Source of the DNA: Chiloscyllium plagiosum
Lineage: Eukaryota
Assembly (NCBI RefSeq): GCF_004010195.1
Contig: NC_057718.1
Location: 72,610,674 to 72,674,673 of the forward strand
Length of the DNA stretch: 64,000 bases
Direction of reading: 5' to 3'
Shown in pieces: positions 51,050-62,819 of this stretch. Below the pieces are notes generated by a model. The model searched no databases. It saw only the letters and a list, made by a program, of their open reading frames with translations, and was not told the origin of the DNA. The translations under genes were made by a program, and so were the position numbers. Numbering within the stretch: position 1 is the first letter of the stretch; each line of letters starts with the position of its first letter.

Positions 51050-52595
51050 TCACTTGTGCGACATGGGGTGTGGGTGTCACTTGCTGGCCAGCATTTATTG
51101 TTTGTCCCTAGTTGTCCTTGAGAAGATAGTTGTAAGCTGTCGTCATGAATTGCTGTAGTCCACAGGCTGTAGGTTGACTTGCAATAACCTAAAGAGAAAA
51201 TTCCAGGATTCTGACTTGGTGACAGTGAAGGAACGGTGATATATTTCCAAGTCAGGATAGTTATTGTTCGTAGCAGAACTTGCAGGAGGTAGCGTTCTTA
51301 TGTATCTGCTGCCCCTGTCCTTCGATGGAAATGGTCATGGGTTTGGAAGGTGTTAAAGGATCATTGGTGAATTTCTGCTGTACAGCTTGCAGATTGTACA
51401 CACAGCTGCTACTGACAATTGGTGGTAGATGGAGCAGATGCTTGTGGACACAGTGCCAATTAAGTCAGTTGTTTTGTCCTGGACAGTGTGGAGATTCATG
51501 GTTGTTGTTGGAGCTGCACCCATCCAGGCAAGTTGGGAGTATTCCATTAAACCCTTGAATTGTGCCTTGGTAGAGGGTGGACAGGATTTGGGGAGTTAGA
51601 TGGTGAGTTACTTGTCATAGTTTTCCGAGCCATGATCTGTTCTTGTAGTAACTGTATTTATGCAGTGAGTCCAGTTGAGTTTCTGGTCAATTGTAACTCC
51701 TAGGAGGTTGACAGTGAGAGATTCGGTATTGGTAATACCACTGAATGTCAAGGGACAGTGTTTAGATTATCTCTTTTTGGAGATGGTCAGAGCCTGGCAT
51801 TTGTGTGCATGAATATTACTTGCCACTTGACAGCCTAAGCCTAGGTATTGTCCACATCTGAACAGTATCTGAAGAGATGTAGATAGTACTGAATATTGCA
51901 CAATCATTGTCAAACATCCCCACTGCTGACCTTATGATAGAGAAAAAAATCATTGATGAAGCAGCTGAAGATGGATGGGCCATCTCCTTCAGAGATGTCT
52001 TACAGCTAAGATGACTGTCTTCCAACAACCACAACCATCTTCCTATGTGTCAGGTATGACTTTAACCAGTGGAAAGTTTGCTCCATGATACCAATTGATT
52101 CCTGTTTTGCTAGAACTCCTTAATGCCACACTCGGTTGAATGTGGCCTTGATGTCAAGGGCTGCCAGTTTCACCTCATCTCTGGAATCCAGCTGTTTTGT
52201 CCATGTTTGAACCAAGGGTGTACCAAGCAGCCCTCGCAAAATGGTAGCACAATGGTTAGCACTGCTGCCTCACAGCATTAAGGACCCAAGTTTGATTCCA
52301 GCCTTGGGCACCTATGTATGCGGAGTTTATACATCCTCCTCATGTTTGCATGGGTTTCCTTTGGGTACTCCAGATTCCTCCCACAATACAAAGATGTGCA
52401 GGTTAGATGGTTTAGCCATGCTGAAAACCCCATGCACGGTTACGGGGATTGGATAGAAGGGTGGATCAGGGTGGGATGCTCTTCAGCACTGTTGGGGTTC
52501 TATGATTCTATGAAACCCAAACTGGTTGCCAGTGAGTAGGTTACTGCTGAGTAGGTTACTGCTTGGTAGAACTGCTGATGACACCTTCCAACTTA
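51050..52595 (-). mobile_element. Old CR1/L2-like LINE with a nested HE1-like SINE (~52235-52512, +)
   Basis: Minus-strand MEYSQLAWMGAAPT and IRSAVGMFDNDC motifs. Confidence 0.7.
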
Positions 52596-52604
52596 AGATG
52601 GCCT

Positions 52605-53162
52605 TTTCCAAGATGGCGGTGGAGTTGGACTCCTCAGCTGGAGGTCATCTGGCATTCGTTTCTTTTCTTTTTTTTTTCCTCTTTTGTGTTTGTTTTACCT
52701 TCTTTCCACTCAGTGATGTCCTGAACTATTGGCCTCAGCATGCACCAAGCGTAGAGATCTCTTGCCCTGACCCCCCACCCTCTCCCCGCTATGGCAGCCT
52801 TTCAGTCTGGCGTGACAGTCTCCCGGCATGGGTCAGCAATTTTTTGGTAACCTGACGTGGCGGTCTCTTGACCCAGCGTGGAGTTCCGGCCTCAAGATGA
52901 TTCAAGAGTGGTCTCCCAGCCTCGCGATGAAGCCCAGTGCTGTCTGGTGTCAAGGGCCAGCCGTCTAGAGGCTAAGTATTAGTGTAGACTGGGTTGGAAG
53001 GACAATTATTCAGAACTTATTTCTTTATTTTTCTAATTCCTTTTCCCCTAAGAATTTGTACCTAGGTATCTTTGACTCCAAGACGGCATTGTAAGTGGCG
53101 ACTTGTAAACCTTTCACTGTACCCAAATGAGTACATGTGACAATGAAGCCAATTCGAATTCT
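52605..53162 (+). mobile_element. Non-autonomous retroposon with a Rex1/L2-type tail
   Basis: Begins CCAAGATGGCGG and ends tttcactgtacc...gtacatgtgacaatgaagccaattcgaattc, similar to the tail of the Rex1-like element at ~27785-27825. Confidence 0.5.
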
Positions 53163-53705
53163 AAAGAAGAGAGACTGAATTGTCTGGGATTATTTTCCTT
53201 GGAGCAAAGGAGATTTGCTGGGTGGGGAGATGTCATGATTGAGAAGTATAAAATTATGAGGGAACAGGACAGGGTAGGTCAGAAGAAATGTTTCCCCTTG
53301 ATAGAAGAATCAATGACCAGGGAGCACAGATTTAAGTTAAGGCTTAGAAGTTTACACGGGACGTGAGAATAAATGTTTTCAGCCATAGGGTTGTAAGATT
53401 TTGGAACTCTTTACCTGTAAGAGCAGTAGAAGCAAAAGCCATCATAACTTTTAAGTAGTATTTAGATATATGCTTGCAATGCCAGACACACAAGTCTATG
53501 GGCCAAGTGCTGCAGAACAGTTTTAGAATGGTGAGGTGGCTGTTTTTGACCCTGAAGGGGCTTTTCATGTGCTGTAACCTATATGATTCCATTGAAGATG
53601 GATGTTCCACTCCATGTGTCAGCACATGTAGACACAAACTGTCAAAGTTACCACCTCAGTCATGAGTACTGCATTGCCACCAATCCCACACTCTAATATG
53701 ACAAT

Positions 53706-54125
53706 ATGCAATCACTAAGGAAGAGACATACAGTCCAGATGAAGCTTACAGTTGTCGAGATTGCAAAGCAGACAAATAATTGCACAGCAGCTGGGAGGTT
53801 TAAGAGATTGGAGAAAAATGCTAGCGCTTGGAGGAAATTCTCTACACAGCTTAGGCAAATGCCTAAGAGTAAACTTGCAAACAGAGGAAAACCTAGCATG
53901 TGGCCACAACAGGAAAATGAAGTCAGTGAAAATTGCCAAAAAGGATTCCTGAGAAACTGACCCTATCAGAATCTTCGCCCTGAAACAAGCAGGAATGTTG
54001 AGCACTGCAGATTTTAAACAAAGCTCTACATGGATTACCAAATTTGTGAAGAAAAACAATTTTGTGTTGCAACAAAAATCCAAGATTTCATGGGGTCTCC
54101 TGCTGGAACTTGATGACAAGTTAAA
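53706..54125 (+). pseudogene. Frameshifted pogo-family transposase N-terminus (Brinker-like DBD + CENP-B HTH)
   Basis: MKLTVVEIAKQTNNCTAAGRF...WRK...NRGKPSMWPQQE, then in a shifted frame IRIFALKQA..TADFKQSSTWITKFVKKNNF. No DDE domain follows. Confidence 0.75.
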
Positions 54126-54366
54126 TAGCCTAACCATAGGCAAGAATGGATTTAATCCCTCCAAAAAATACTAATTGTGTCAGTTGCCCCCTACTTTTTG
54201 GCTCAACATTTGGGCTCTGGCTTTTACATGATTATATCAGGTAGTTAAATAGTAACCATAGCAATGCTGAAAATACTCAGCAGCTCTGACAGAAATTTGC
54301 AAGAGAAACAAAGTCAATGTTTCAGGTTGTAACCTTTCACCAGAACCAGTGTTCTCTTGTACTCAC

Positions 54367-54641
54367 CTTGAAAAATTCGGTTTTTTGAGTGATATACGTG
54401 AGATTTTCTTGTGTAACTGGTGGCATGATGACAACGGCTACTGTTCCCTGGTTTGGACTTCTGGGCTGTGCAGACTCAAGGTTTTTCAGGTTTTCTCCAC
54501 TAACAGCAGCGACCGACTGAGTTAGACCAACTAAGTCAAGTATCAATGAAATGGCAATACTCTGAATGCTGAAATCACTGGCAAAACAGCAGGCAGTCAT
54601 GAGGGTCTGGAGCCAGACTGGTGGCTTTACCTGATCAAAAT
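54367..54641 (-). CDS. DOP1A: DOP1A/DOPEY1 internal coding exon (first in window, 275 nt)
   Basis: Acceptor tttctttag|ATTTTGATCAG, donor TTCAAG|gtgagt. Encodes DFDQVKPPVWLQTLMTACCFASDFSIQSIAISLILDLVGLTQSVAAVSGEN...TQKTEFFK, matching recalled vertebrate DOP1A (WLQTLM..C..ASDFSVQSVAISLVMDLVGLTQSVA). Ends in phase 0. Confidence 0.95.
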
Positions 54642-55299
54642 CTAAAGAAATCAAAATGAAAACTTCAAGCTTACTAAAGAAACCTTAAATAAACAATCCA
54701 AAAACTGCAAACTAACATTGTGAATTACTGTCACATATATTGAACTGGCACATGAACAAAATATAACAAGCAATTATAATTATTCTTGCTCACTTACAAC
54801 TGCCTAGGTAATAGCAAAACCCTATCCCTTCCACAAAAAAATAATACAATGGATAAGGTATATCTTATTTACACAATCTGCTGTTCTGCATGCAATATCA
54901 GAAAGTAACTTTTAAGAATAACCCCATGAGCCTGCTCCACCAATGAATTATATCCCTTTAAATGAACATATCTAATAAAAGAAGCTTAGTTAGATATAAT
55001 TATACTTCAGGCTCAAAATGCTGAAACTTCAACAAGTGTATTTCTAGTTTGAGGCAAATGGAATGAAAGACTGATATATTGCTATTCAGTACATAATTGT
55101 AGCGTGAAAATAATGTGATACCTCCGAATACATATCCATGTAACATTCAGTTCCTAGATCTTTACACATAATTATAACACTGTTTTCTCTTAGCACTATA
55201 GCTATATGGTGAAGACCATTCCAGGCTTCTACTTCCTTCACCATGAATGAAGTTGCTCTAATTTTAATATCATATCGTAATATTCTCAATTCTTACTTG

Positions 55300-57375
55300 G
55301 AGTTTTAACTCTACAATGAGGATGCCCTCCAATACGTGGTGTGGCACTACCAGCATGCTATATGAGACAAACTTCAGATTTAGTATGTCAAAATTGGACA
55401 TCCATGAGGTGCTGTGGGCCATCTGCAGCAGAACTGTGTTTAACCATAATATGCAATCTCATGGCCTGAAATGTCCCCATTCTACCATTACCATCAATGT
55501 GGGAGATCAACCCTAGTTAAATGAAAAGTGTATGACAGGGCCTGCCAAGAGCAGAACCAGAGATACCTAAAAATGATTAAATTACAATGCTTGTGTGCTA
55601 AACAGTTTGCATTGAACATGCATAAGGGATTCCACAACCATCAGGTCAGATCTAAATTCAGCAATGCTGTCACAGCCAGTTGTGCAATTACAATAATAAT
55701 AACAAACAACTAGAGACAGAAGCTGCATCAGTGCAAAAGGTTTAAGCATTTGCATTCATCTTTAGCCAGAACTGCAGAGTGGATGATCCATCTCGGCCTC
55801 CTCCTGAGGTCCGCAAAATCCCAGATGCCAGTGTTCACCCAACTCTATTTATTCTACATTATAGTAAGAAATAGCTGAAGGGACTGGATGCGGCAAAGAC
55901 TATGGGCCCTGACAAAATCACAGCAATATACTGAAGACATGTGCTCCAGAGCTGGTCATTCATGCAACCCCTCAGCTGTCCCAATACAGCTTACAACAGA
56001 GATTTATCCATAATATGGAAAATTGCCCAGGTTTGCCATATATACAAGCAGAAAAAAATTCAACCTTGCATATCATTCTATTCTATAGTCAGCAAAATGA
56101 CAGAAAGGGTTAACAGCAGTGCCACCTGCAAAAGCATAACCTGTTCACTGACGCTCGGTTTGGGTCCCACAAGGCCATGAAGCTCCTGACCTCATTATGA
56201 CTTGGCCCGACAGAGGACAAATTACCTGAACTCCAGAAGAGAGGTGACAGTAACTGTCTTGACAAGGCTACACTTGATTAACTTGTTCAAGGAGCCCTAG
56301 CTATAACCATTGGAAATTACTGGAAAAGCATCTGCTGGGGGGCGTCATACCAAGCTGGAAGACTGGAACGTTTTTGGAGGTCAATCATCTCAGTCACAGT
56401 TCATCAGTAAAAGATTTTCTCAGGGTAATGCCCTAGGCCCAACCATCTTCAGCTGATTCATCAATGACATTCCCTCCAACATAAGTTCAGAAATTGAGTT
56501 GTTTGCTGATGATTAAATAGTGCTCAGTAACAATACCTCAACTGCTTAAGTGTCGATATGTAGCAAGACCTGGACAACATCTAGGCTTGGGTTGAAAAGT
56601 GTAAAGTAACAACAGCACACAAATGTCAGGTAATGATCATTTTCAAAGATAAAATGTAACCATCACCCATCAATATTGAATAATATCAGCAGCACTGAAC
56701 CCCCCCCCCCCCCCCCCACTGTCGACATCCTGGGGCTTACCAATAACCAGAAACTGAACGTCCAGCTATATAAATACGGTGGCTACAAGAACAAGTCAGA
56801 GGTACGGAACTCTGAGAAACTCACCTCCTATATCTCTGATCCCGTTCACTATCTATAAGGCACAAGTCAGGATTATTATGGAATAGCGTTCCACTTGCCT
56901 GGATGATTACAGCTCTAACATCACTCAAAGCTTGACACTATCTAGAATAAGGAGAAAGTGAGGTCTGCAGATGCTGGAGATCAGAGCTGAAAATGTGTTG
57001 CTGGAAAAGCGCAGCAGGTCAGGCAGCATCCAGGGAACAGGAGAATCGACGTTTCGGGCATAAGCCCTTCTTCAGGAATGAGGAAAGTTAAGAAGGGCTT
57101 ATGCCCGACACTATCTAGAATAAAACAATCCACTTGATTGGCATCACACCCACCACCTCCAATATTCATTCACTTCAGCACTGATGTATAGTGGCAGCAG
57201 TGTATAGCAACTACAAGATGTGCAGCAGTAACTCACTACGGCTCCTCTGACAGCACCTTCCTGTGGTCTCTCCCACTTAGAAGGCAAATGACAGGAGGTG
57301 CACAGGAACATTACCACCATCTGCAAAAAACCCTCCAAGTCACACAAGATACTAACCTGGAAGTATATTGCTGTT
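55300..57375 (+). mobile_element. Old CR1/L2-like LINE ORF2 (degenerate)
   Basis: AKTMGPDKI, WKIAQVC, QG..LGPTIF and LFADD motifs. Confidence 0.75.
56951..57106 (-). mobile_element. Penelope-derived mini-element with intact minimal hammerhead core, partial inverted copy and 17-bp TSD
   Basis: Minus-strand CTGAAGAAGGGCTTATGCCCGAAACGTC at 57075-57048. An inverted partial copy aagaagggcttatgccc lies at 57090-57106. TSD gacactatctagaataa at 56934-56950 and 57107-57123. Confidence 0.82.
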
Positions 57376-58000
57376 CAAAAACAGAAACTCAGCAGGTCTG
57401 ACAGCATCTCTGGGAAGAAAGTAGAGTGAAAGCTTTGAGTCTAATGACTCGTCAGAACTAATAGCAGCTAGGATCAAGTGCTATTTATGCTGAAGACAGG
57501 GTGGGTGACGTAAGTGGATGGGTGGAGATGGAGCCCAGACAAGGAGAGAGAGCGAGAGAGCGCGAGAGAGCGCGAGAGAGCGCGAGAGAGCGCGAGAGAG
57601 CGCGAGAGAGCGCGAGAGAGCGCGAGAGAGAGCGAGAGAGACGAAAGGGATAGGCAGACAAGGGGATCATTAATACTCAGCCAGGACAGAAAAGAATCTG
57701 AATAAATAATAATGAGAGCTGACAGTAGGACAGAATGGATAGCCTGTGCTCAAAGCAACTCATGTCATGGGATAATAGAACTAAGAATAGGTGAGAAAGG
57801 TTGGGTGTGCTGAAAGCAACCCATGTCATGACAGGATCAGGGTGTTGGGTGGGTAAAGAAACATGGAAGGACAGAATTAGGCTCTAAAGTTATTGATCTT
57901 GATGTTGAGTCCGAGAGACTGCATGGTTCCCAAATGGAAAATGAGATGCAGTTCTTCGAGTTTACACTGAGGCTCACTGAAACACTACAGCAAGCCTGCA
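57376..58000 (-). mobile_element. Penelope-like 3' end (ORF C-terminus, 3' UTR and decayed terminal repeat)
   Basis: Minus strand CKLEELHLIFHLGTMQSLGLNI, resembling the Penelope EQHLIF.LGTL.P.GLN motif. A type-B repeat lies at ~57376-57460. Confidence 0.68.
57544..57642. repeat. (CGCGAGAGAG)n microsatellite
   Basis: Seven perfect 10-mers at 57561-57630 with GA-rich flanks. Confidence 0.95.
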
Positions 58001-58329
58001 ACACAATGTCACAGCTCTTTCACTGCTGCAATCCTGGAACTCCCTTCCTAACAGCACTGTGGGTTTCCTACACTACAAGAACTTCAGTGATTCAAGAGGC
58101 AATTCATCACCATATCCACCAGGTAATTAGGGATGGGCAATAAAATAAACAAATAAGATGATTCTAAATTTACATTGAAAATGCACGAAGGACAAAATAA
58201 AGTGACAATCTGCACTTGTGATATCTACTTCTTACAAATTCATCAACTCTTGTTAAGCAAAAAATGAGCAGAATTGTAACCTAAGTAGTCTTCAAAGACT
58301 TGTATTAACACATGCTTTAGAGCCAAACA

Positions 58330-58660
58330 TCTGTTTTAGATATTATCACTAGTATAATGTAGAAAACATAGCAGATAGTCTGAGTTCATTAAGTGCCATG
58401 GAGCAGATAGATGTGTAATGCTGAGGCAAGAGAAAAATTCTACAGTTAGTAAGCAACCCATACTTTTATCATGAGTTATTATCTGCAAACAAAGACTAGA
58501 TAATCTATTTTAGGGATGTAATTGAGGGATGAAGGCCACCAAAGACAATGTTCCTCTTCTTCTTTGAAATAATGTCCTTTACATTTGGCCGAGAGATCAG
58601 ACAGGGGAGGCAGGAGGCTGTAAACATGGCATCCAAAAAAACCTCTCATTTAATGCTAAA
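58330..58660 (-). mobile_element. Degenerate Deu-SINE-like (SacSINE1/AmnSINE1-type) relic
   Basis: ttttagggatgtaattgagggatg...ctcttcttctttgaaataatgtcc...gagagatcagacagggg resembles the reverse complement of the recalled Deu central domain. Confidence 0.45.
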
Positions 58661-59300
58661 TGTTTGAACAGTTTCATTCATCTAATTCAGATTTTCAAGA
58701 ACAACAATGCTTCTTTGAGGAACTGGTTGCCCAGAATTAATCAAATTTGGTGGGCTAAATTTTGTATCAAAAGACTAACATTGATTTGATTTTGGCTACC
58801 TGGTACATAGTGCGCTGCCAAAAAGGTCAATGGACTTTTCCTAATCCTCTCGCTCATTTTCTGTACACCTTGTGGCATACAAGGCTGACAGGCATGCATT
58901 TATGCATTTTTCCATAGCTGTTTTTCTCTAGAACACGTCACCATCCTGTCATGAGAGGCTATAGCTTGAGGAAGGGCCATATTGCATTAAACATAGCTGA
59001 CTAAGAGTACCAGGAGACACTCCCTTTCTTACTGTTTGCCGTGGGCATACTGGAGGGATTGGCCTGATGATGTCTGGCCACATTATGAACATACCCTTTG
59101 TGATCAAGCCTTATGTGGGAGTTGAATACACAGTTCCTTGCTTTGAGATAAGGATGCTGTCAACTGCACCACAAGATCTACCATTTTTCCCAATAATAGA
59201 AACAAATTCTAAAAGCTGGAAAATTACGATTTCAAAGAAATTCTGGCAATCAACAAGATAGATGCTAACCCACAGGAACATGTCATTAGATTAATGATTT

Positions 59301-59614
59301 AGACGGTGGCACAGTGGTTAGCACTGCTGCCTCTCAGCGCCAGAGACCCGGGTTCAATTCCCGACTCAGGCGACTGACTGTGTGGAGTTTGCACATTCTC
59401 CCCGTGTCTGCGTGGGTTTCCTCCGGGTGCTCCGGTTTCCTCCCACAATCCAAAGATGTGCAGGTCAGGTGAATTGGCCATGCTAAATTGCCCGTAGTGT
59501 TAGGTAAAAGGGGTAAATGTAGGGGAATGGGTGGGTTGCGCTTCGGCGGGTCGGTATTGACTTGTTGGGCCGAAGGGCCTGTTTCCACACTGTAAGTAAT
59601 CTAATCTAATCTAA
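59301..59614 (+). mobile_element. Young HE1-like V-SINE
   Basis: TGGCACAGTGG / GGTTCAATTCC boxes, CpGs retained, (TAATC)n tail. Confidence 0.92.
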
Positions 59615-59649
59615 ACCTTGGAGTCTACAGCACAGAAAAAAGCCCAGTC

Positions 59650-60146
59650 TCATTCTTAGACACGCACATCTCCATCAAGGGCGAATCTCCATCAGTACCT
59701 CACTTTACCACAAGCCTACAGATAACCTCACAATGGTGCACTTCTCTAGCTTCCATCCTAAACATATTAAAACAGCTGGCCCCTATGGACAAGCCCTAAG
59801 CATACACAGATCTGTTCAGATAAGGAATAACGCGACGGACATCTGAAGGACGCTGTCATAAGAACAGGATGCGATGCTCAACTCATCAATTGCCAGTTCC
59901 AACTTGCCATGTCATAAAACTGTAGTGACCACCCCAGGAGTGAAACACAGGATACAACCTAGAGGGTACTCTTCATCGTCCAATACTTCCCAAGAGCAGA
60001 AAAACTATGCCATTCTTCGCATCCTGCAATGAGGATGAGCACCTTACCAAGGTCTTCCCTATGCCTCCACTTCTCGCCTGTAAACAGCTGCCAAACCTTA
60101 AACAGACCATTGTTTTAAGCAAACTACTCAGCCTTCAGGACAACAG
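59650..60146 (+). mobile_element. Penelope-like RT C-terminal fragment
   Basis: FLD.HISIK...STSLYHKPTDNL...FSSFHPKHIKTA.PYGQAL. Confidence 0.75.
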
Positions 60147-60149
60147 GAT

Positions 60150-61800
60150 ACATAGACTTTGTTGCACATCCAATGTATTTGGCTTTTTTGATATCACATT
60201 GATTGAACTGAATTGGCAAAAGACTGGCATCTGTGATGTTGGGTTTCATAAGAGGATGTTGAAATGGAGCATCCATTCAGCACTTCTGGCTGAAGATGTT
60301 TGCAGAAGCTCCAGTCTGTTTTTTGATTTTACATTATATTCTACCAGCAATGAGCCTGGATGTGTTCAGAGAATCTCCTCCTATCGGTTACTGAATTGAC
60401 CGTTCATTGTCCATTCGCTGTGTAAGTTTTTGTGAATGCTTCTCTGTACCTTGGCCCATTCTTACTGGGCTGTGGATTATTCAGCTTCCTTTCTTGGCTC
60501 TCAAACTAGCTGCCTTTCTAAATTATTCCCTTTCCAAATATATTATGGGTGGAATCTTCGAGGAGTTTAAATGAAGTGAACGATGGTGGGATTTGTGGAA
60601 ACATTGCATGAGTAGTCCAGCAGGACCTATCTTGATATTGGGAGCAACTTGTAGCATTTTGTTTTGCTTCTGCAGGGCAGCGAGGTCGGTTTCACAAGGA
60701 GAATATTGCTTGTTCAATGCTTTATTAATGGCACAACATTTGGGGCGGCACGGTGGCACAGTGGTTAGCACTGTTGCTTCACAGCGCCAGAGACCCGGGT
60801 TCAATTCCCGACTCAGGCGACTGACTGTGTGGAGTTTGCACATTCTCCCCGTGTCTGCGTGGGTTTCCTCCGGGTGCTCCGGTTTCCTCCCACAGTCACA
60901 AAGATGTGCGGGTCAGGTGAATTGGCCATGCTAAATTGCCCGTAGTGTTAGGTTAAAGGGGTAAATGTAGGGGTATGGGTGGGTTGCGCTTCGGCGGGTC
61001 GGTGTGGACTTGTTGGGCCGAAGGGCCTGTTTCCACACTGTAAGTAATCTAATCTAATCAACATCACATTTATCCATCACTACTTGCACACATTTCAAAA
61101 ATAACTCTTAGGAAAGTTGAAGGCGGTGCCAAGAATTGTTCTTTCTTTTGATGACTATAGTTCTTTTATTGGAACAATTAGGACTTTTTATTAGGTTTTT
61201 GTTTCTAACACAGAGTTCATCCAAACTTAATATGGTTGTATGGAGTTGCATTGTAGCAAACTGATATGTCCAACTTCTGCCCTGTCTCTGTTGCTCCAAA
61301 ATGGCAGGTGCTTTTCCTCATAACCTGCATGTGTTGCAAACATGTTTACAGTCTGTGATGTCCTAATAAGACACAATCTACATCACAGGAAATAATTCAG
61401 TGTCATGTTCTTGCTGTCACATCCTTGTTGCAAGATGAAAGTGAAGTATAATGTTTCATAAATGAAGTTAATGGTTTCCTTATGTGAAAGGACTCTGGTC
61501 TTGTTGCATTTCAAAATAAAATTTACACAGAACTAAACCCACAAAAAATGAATCCAAGAATGTGGATGAATGTTACGGAGGTAGTAATCTTCAGAGTTCC
61601 TTCTAATTTTGTGCCGAGGTCACTATCAAGCTTGTGACCACAATGTCCTGACTGATGAACTATGACAGTTGTCCACCATTGATGCAATATATCCATTCCT
61701 CAATAGTAACACTCCATCAAACACTTTCAGCCTGCAAAGATGCTGATAGTTGAATTATGTTGAGGCTGAGAATAGTTACATGGTGAGTAATTATAAGTAG
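60150..61800 (-). mobile_element. Old CR1/L2-like LINE remnant with a nested young HE1 SINE
   Basis: Minus strand catcttcagccagaagtg...cagatgccagtc matches the plus-strand element at ~55755-55830. The extent beyond 61100 is uncertain. Confidence 0.5.
60741..61058 (+). mobile_element. Young full-length HE1-like V-SINE
   Basis: GGGCGGCACGGTGGCACAGTGG head, B box and tail. Probable TSD caacat at 60734-60739 and 61059-61064. Confidence 0.93.
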
Positions 61801-62119
61801 CTCATATCTTTAACAAATGTTGCTGCGTAGAAAAAATATTGAATGAATGAAATAAAACAAAAAATGCTGGAAATATTCATTAGACAGTACAGAACAAATG
61901 AATCTATGTGGAATCCCGTCTTAACTGGTCATCCCTCTTATAGATTAATGGAGGGAAGAATCTGGAATTAAAATTAATAGTTTTGTCACAACCTTCATTT
62001 TATTGGTGCAGAGTGCCATAACTTTTATATCAGCTTTTATTTGCAATACATGCCCACCTTAAGTGGGTGGAACAGGTAGGTAAAGTGGTTAAGAAGTCAT
62101 ATAGGATAATTAAGAAATT

Positions 62120-62452
62120 TGTGCAGCTGAACACAAAAGCCAATCTAAAGAAATCTACAGAGAAAGGCTGACATCTAAAAATGACAACTGGGTTTGAAAG
62201 TGATTTGCTGTAAATTTTAAAGAGAATTTATCAGACCAGTATTGTACATTGGAAGGTAAAAGATAGGTTTGGGAGAAAGGAGTTGTAAATAGCTGTTGGT
62301 TTAATGTTCTCTGTTGGACCTAAAGAATAAAATTATTAATTTTTACTTTAAATAGTGACATCTGTGATAGTTCTTTGCCTCTCTAAATTTAACAGATTAC
62401 AGCACGAGGTGAACTTCTCTATGTGTCGGGTTTAAATTAGCATGTCATAACA
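62120..62452 (+). repeat. Solo-LTR-like fragment
   Basis: AATAAA at ~62326 and a CA-ending terminus (gtcataaca) homologous to 5571-5646. Confidence 0.55.
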
Positions 62453-62819
62453 CTGTCACCCAAGCTGTTCCAGTATAGACACAACACTGGCACTTACTGA
62501 CAATGTGGAACATTGCCCAGGTAAGTCCTATACAAATCCAACCAAGCCCCTTACCACGCCATCAGTCAACTGTCCATCATCAGCAAAGTGATGAAAGGGA
62601 TGATCAACAATGCTAGCAAGTGACACTTGCAAAGGAAAAATCTGGCCATTGACGCTCAATTTGGATTTCATGAGGACTACACAGCTCCTGACTTCATTCC
62701 CATCTTGGTTAAAACATGAACAAAAGAGCTTAATCCTGGAGGGTCAGTGAAAGTGACTACCTTGACATCAAGACTGAACTTCAAGTGTGGCATTAAAAAA
62801 ACCCTAACAGGGTCTTACA

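Larger units (their letters stand above)
48533..54243 (+). mobile_element. pogo-like (POGK/Passer-type) DNA transposon fossil split by later retro-insertions
   Basis: Candidate TIRs at 48533-48557 and 54219-54243 (18/25 identical as inverted repeats), with a transposase N-terminus at 53706-54125. Confidence 0.6.

Noticed and set aside
53706..53960. Domesticated POGK-like host gene
   Set aside because: Frameshifted and truncated, with no DDE domain and TIR-like ends, so it is a transposon fossil.
56700..56717. C18 homopolymer
   Set aside because: A simple slippage expansion inside an old LINE with no evidence of function.
57485..57705. RS/RE-repeat protein ORFs
   Set aside because: These are translations of the (CGCGAGAGAG)n microsatellite.
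60741..60815. tRNA gene
   Set aside because: The A/B boxes belong to the head of an HE1-like SINE, and the sequence continues into the SINE body and tail.
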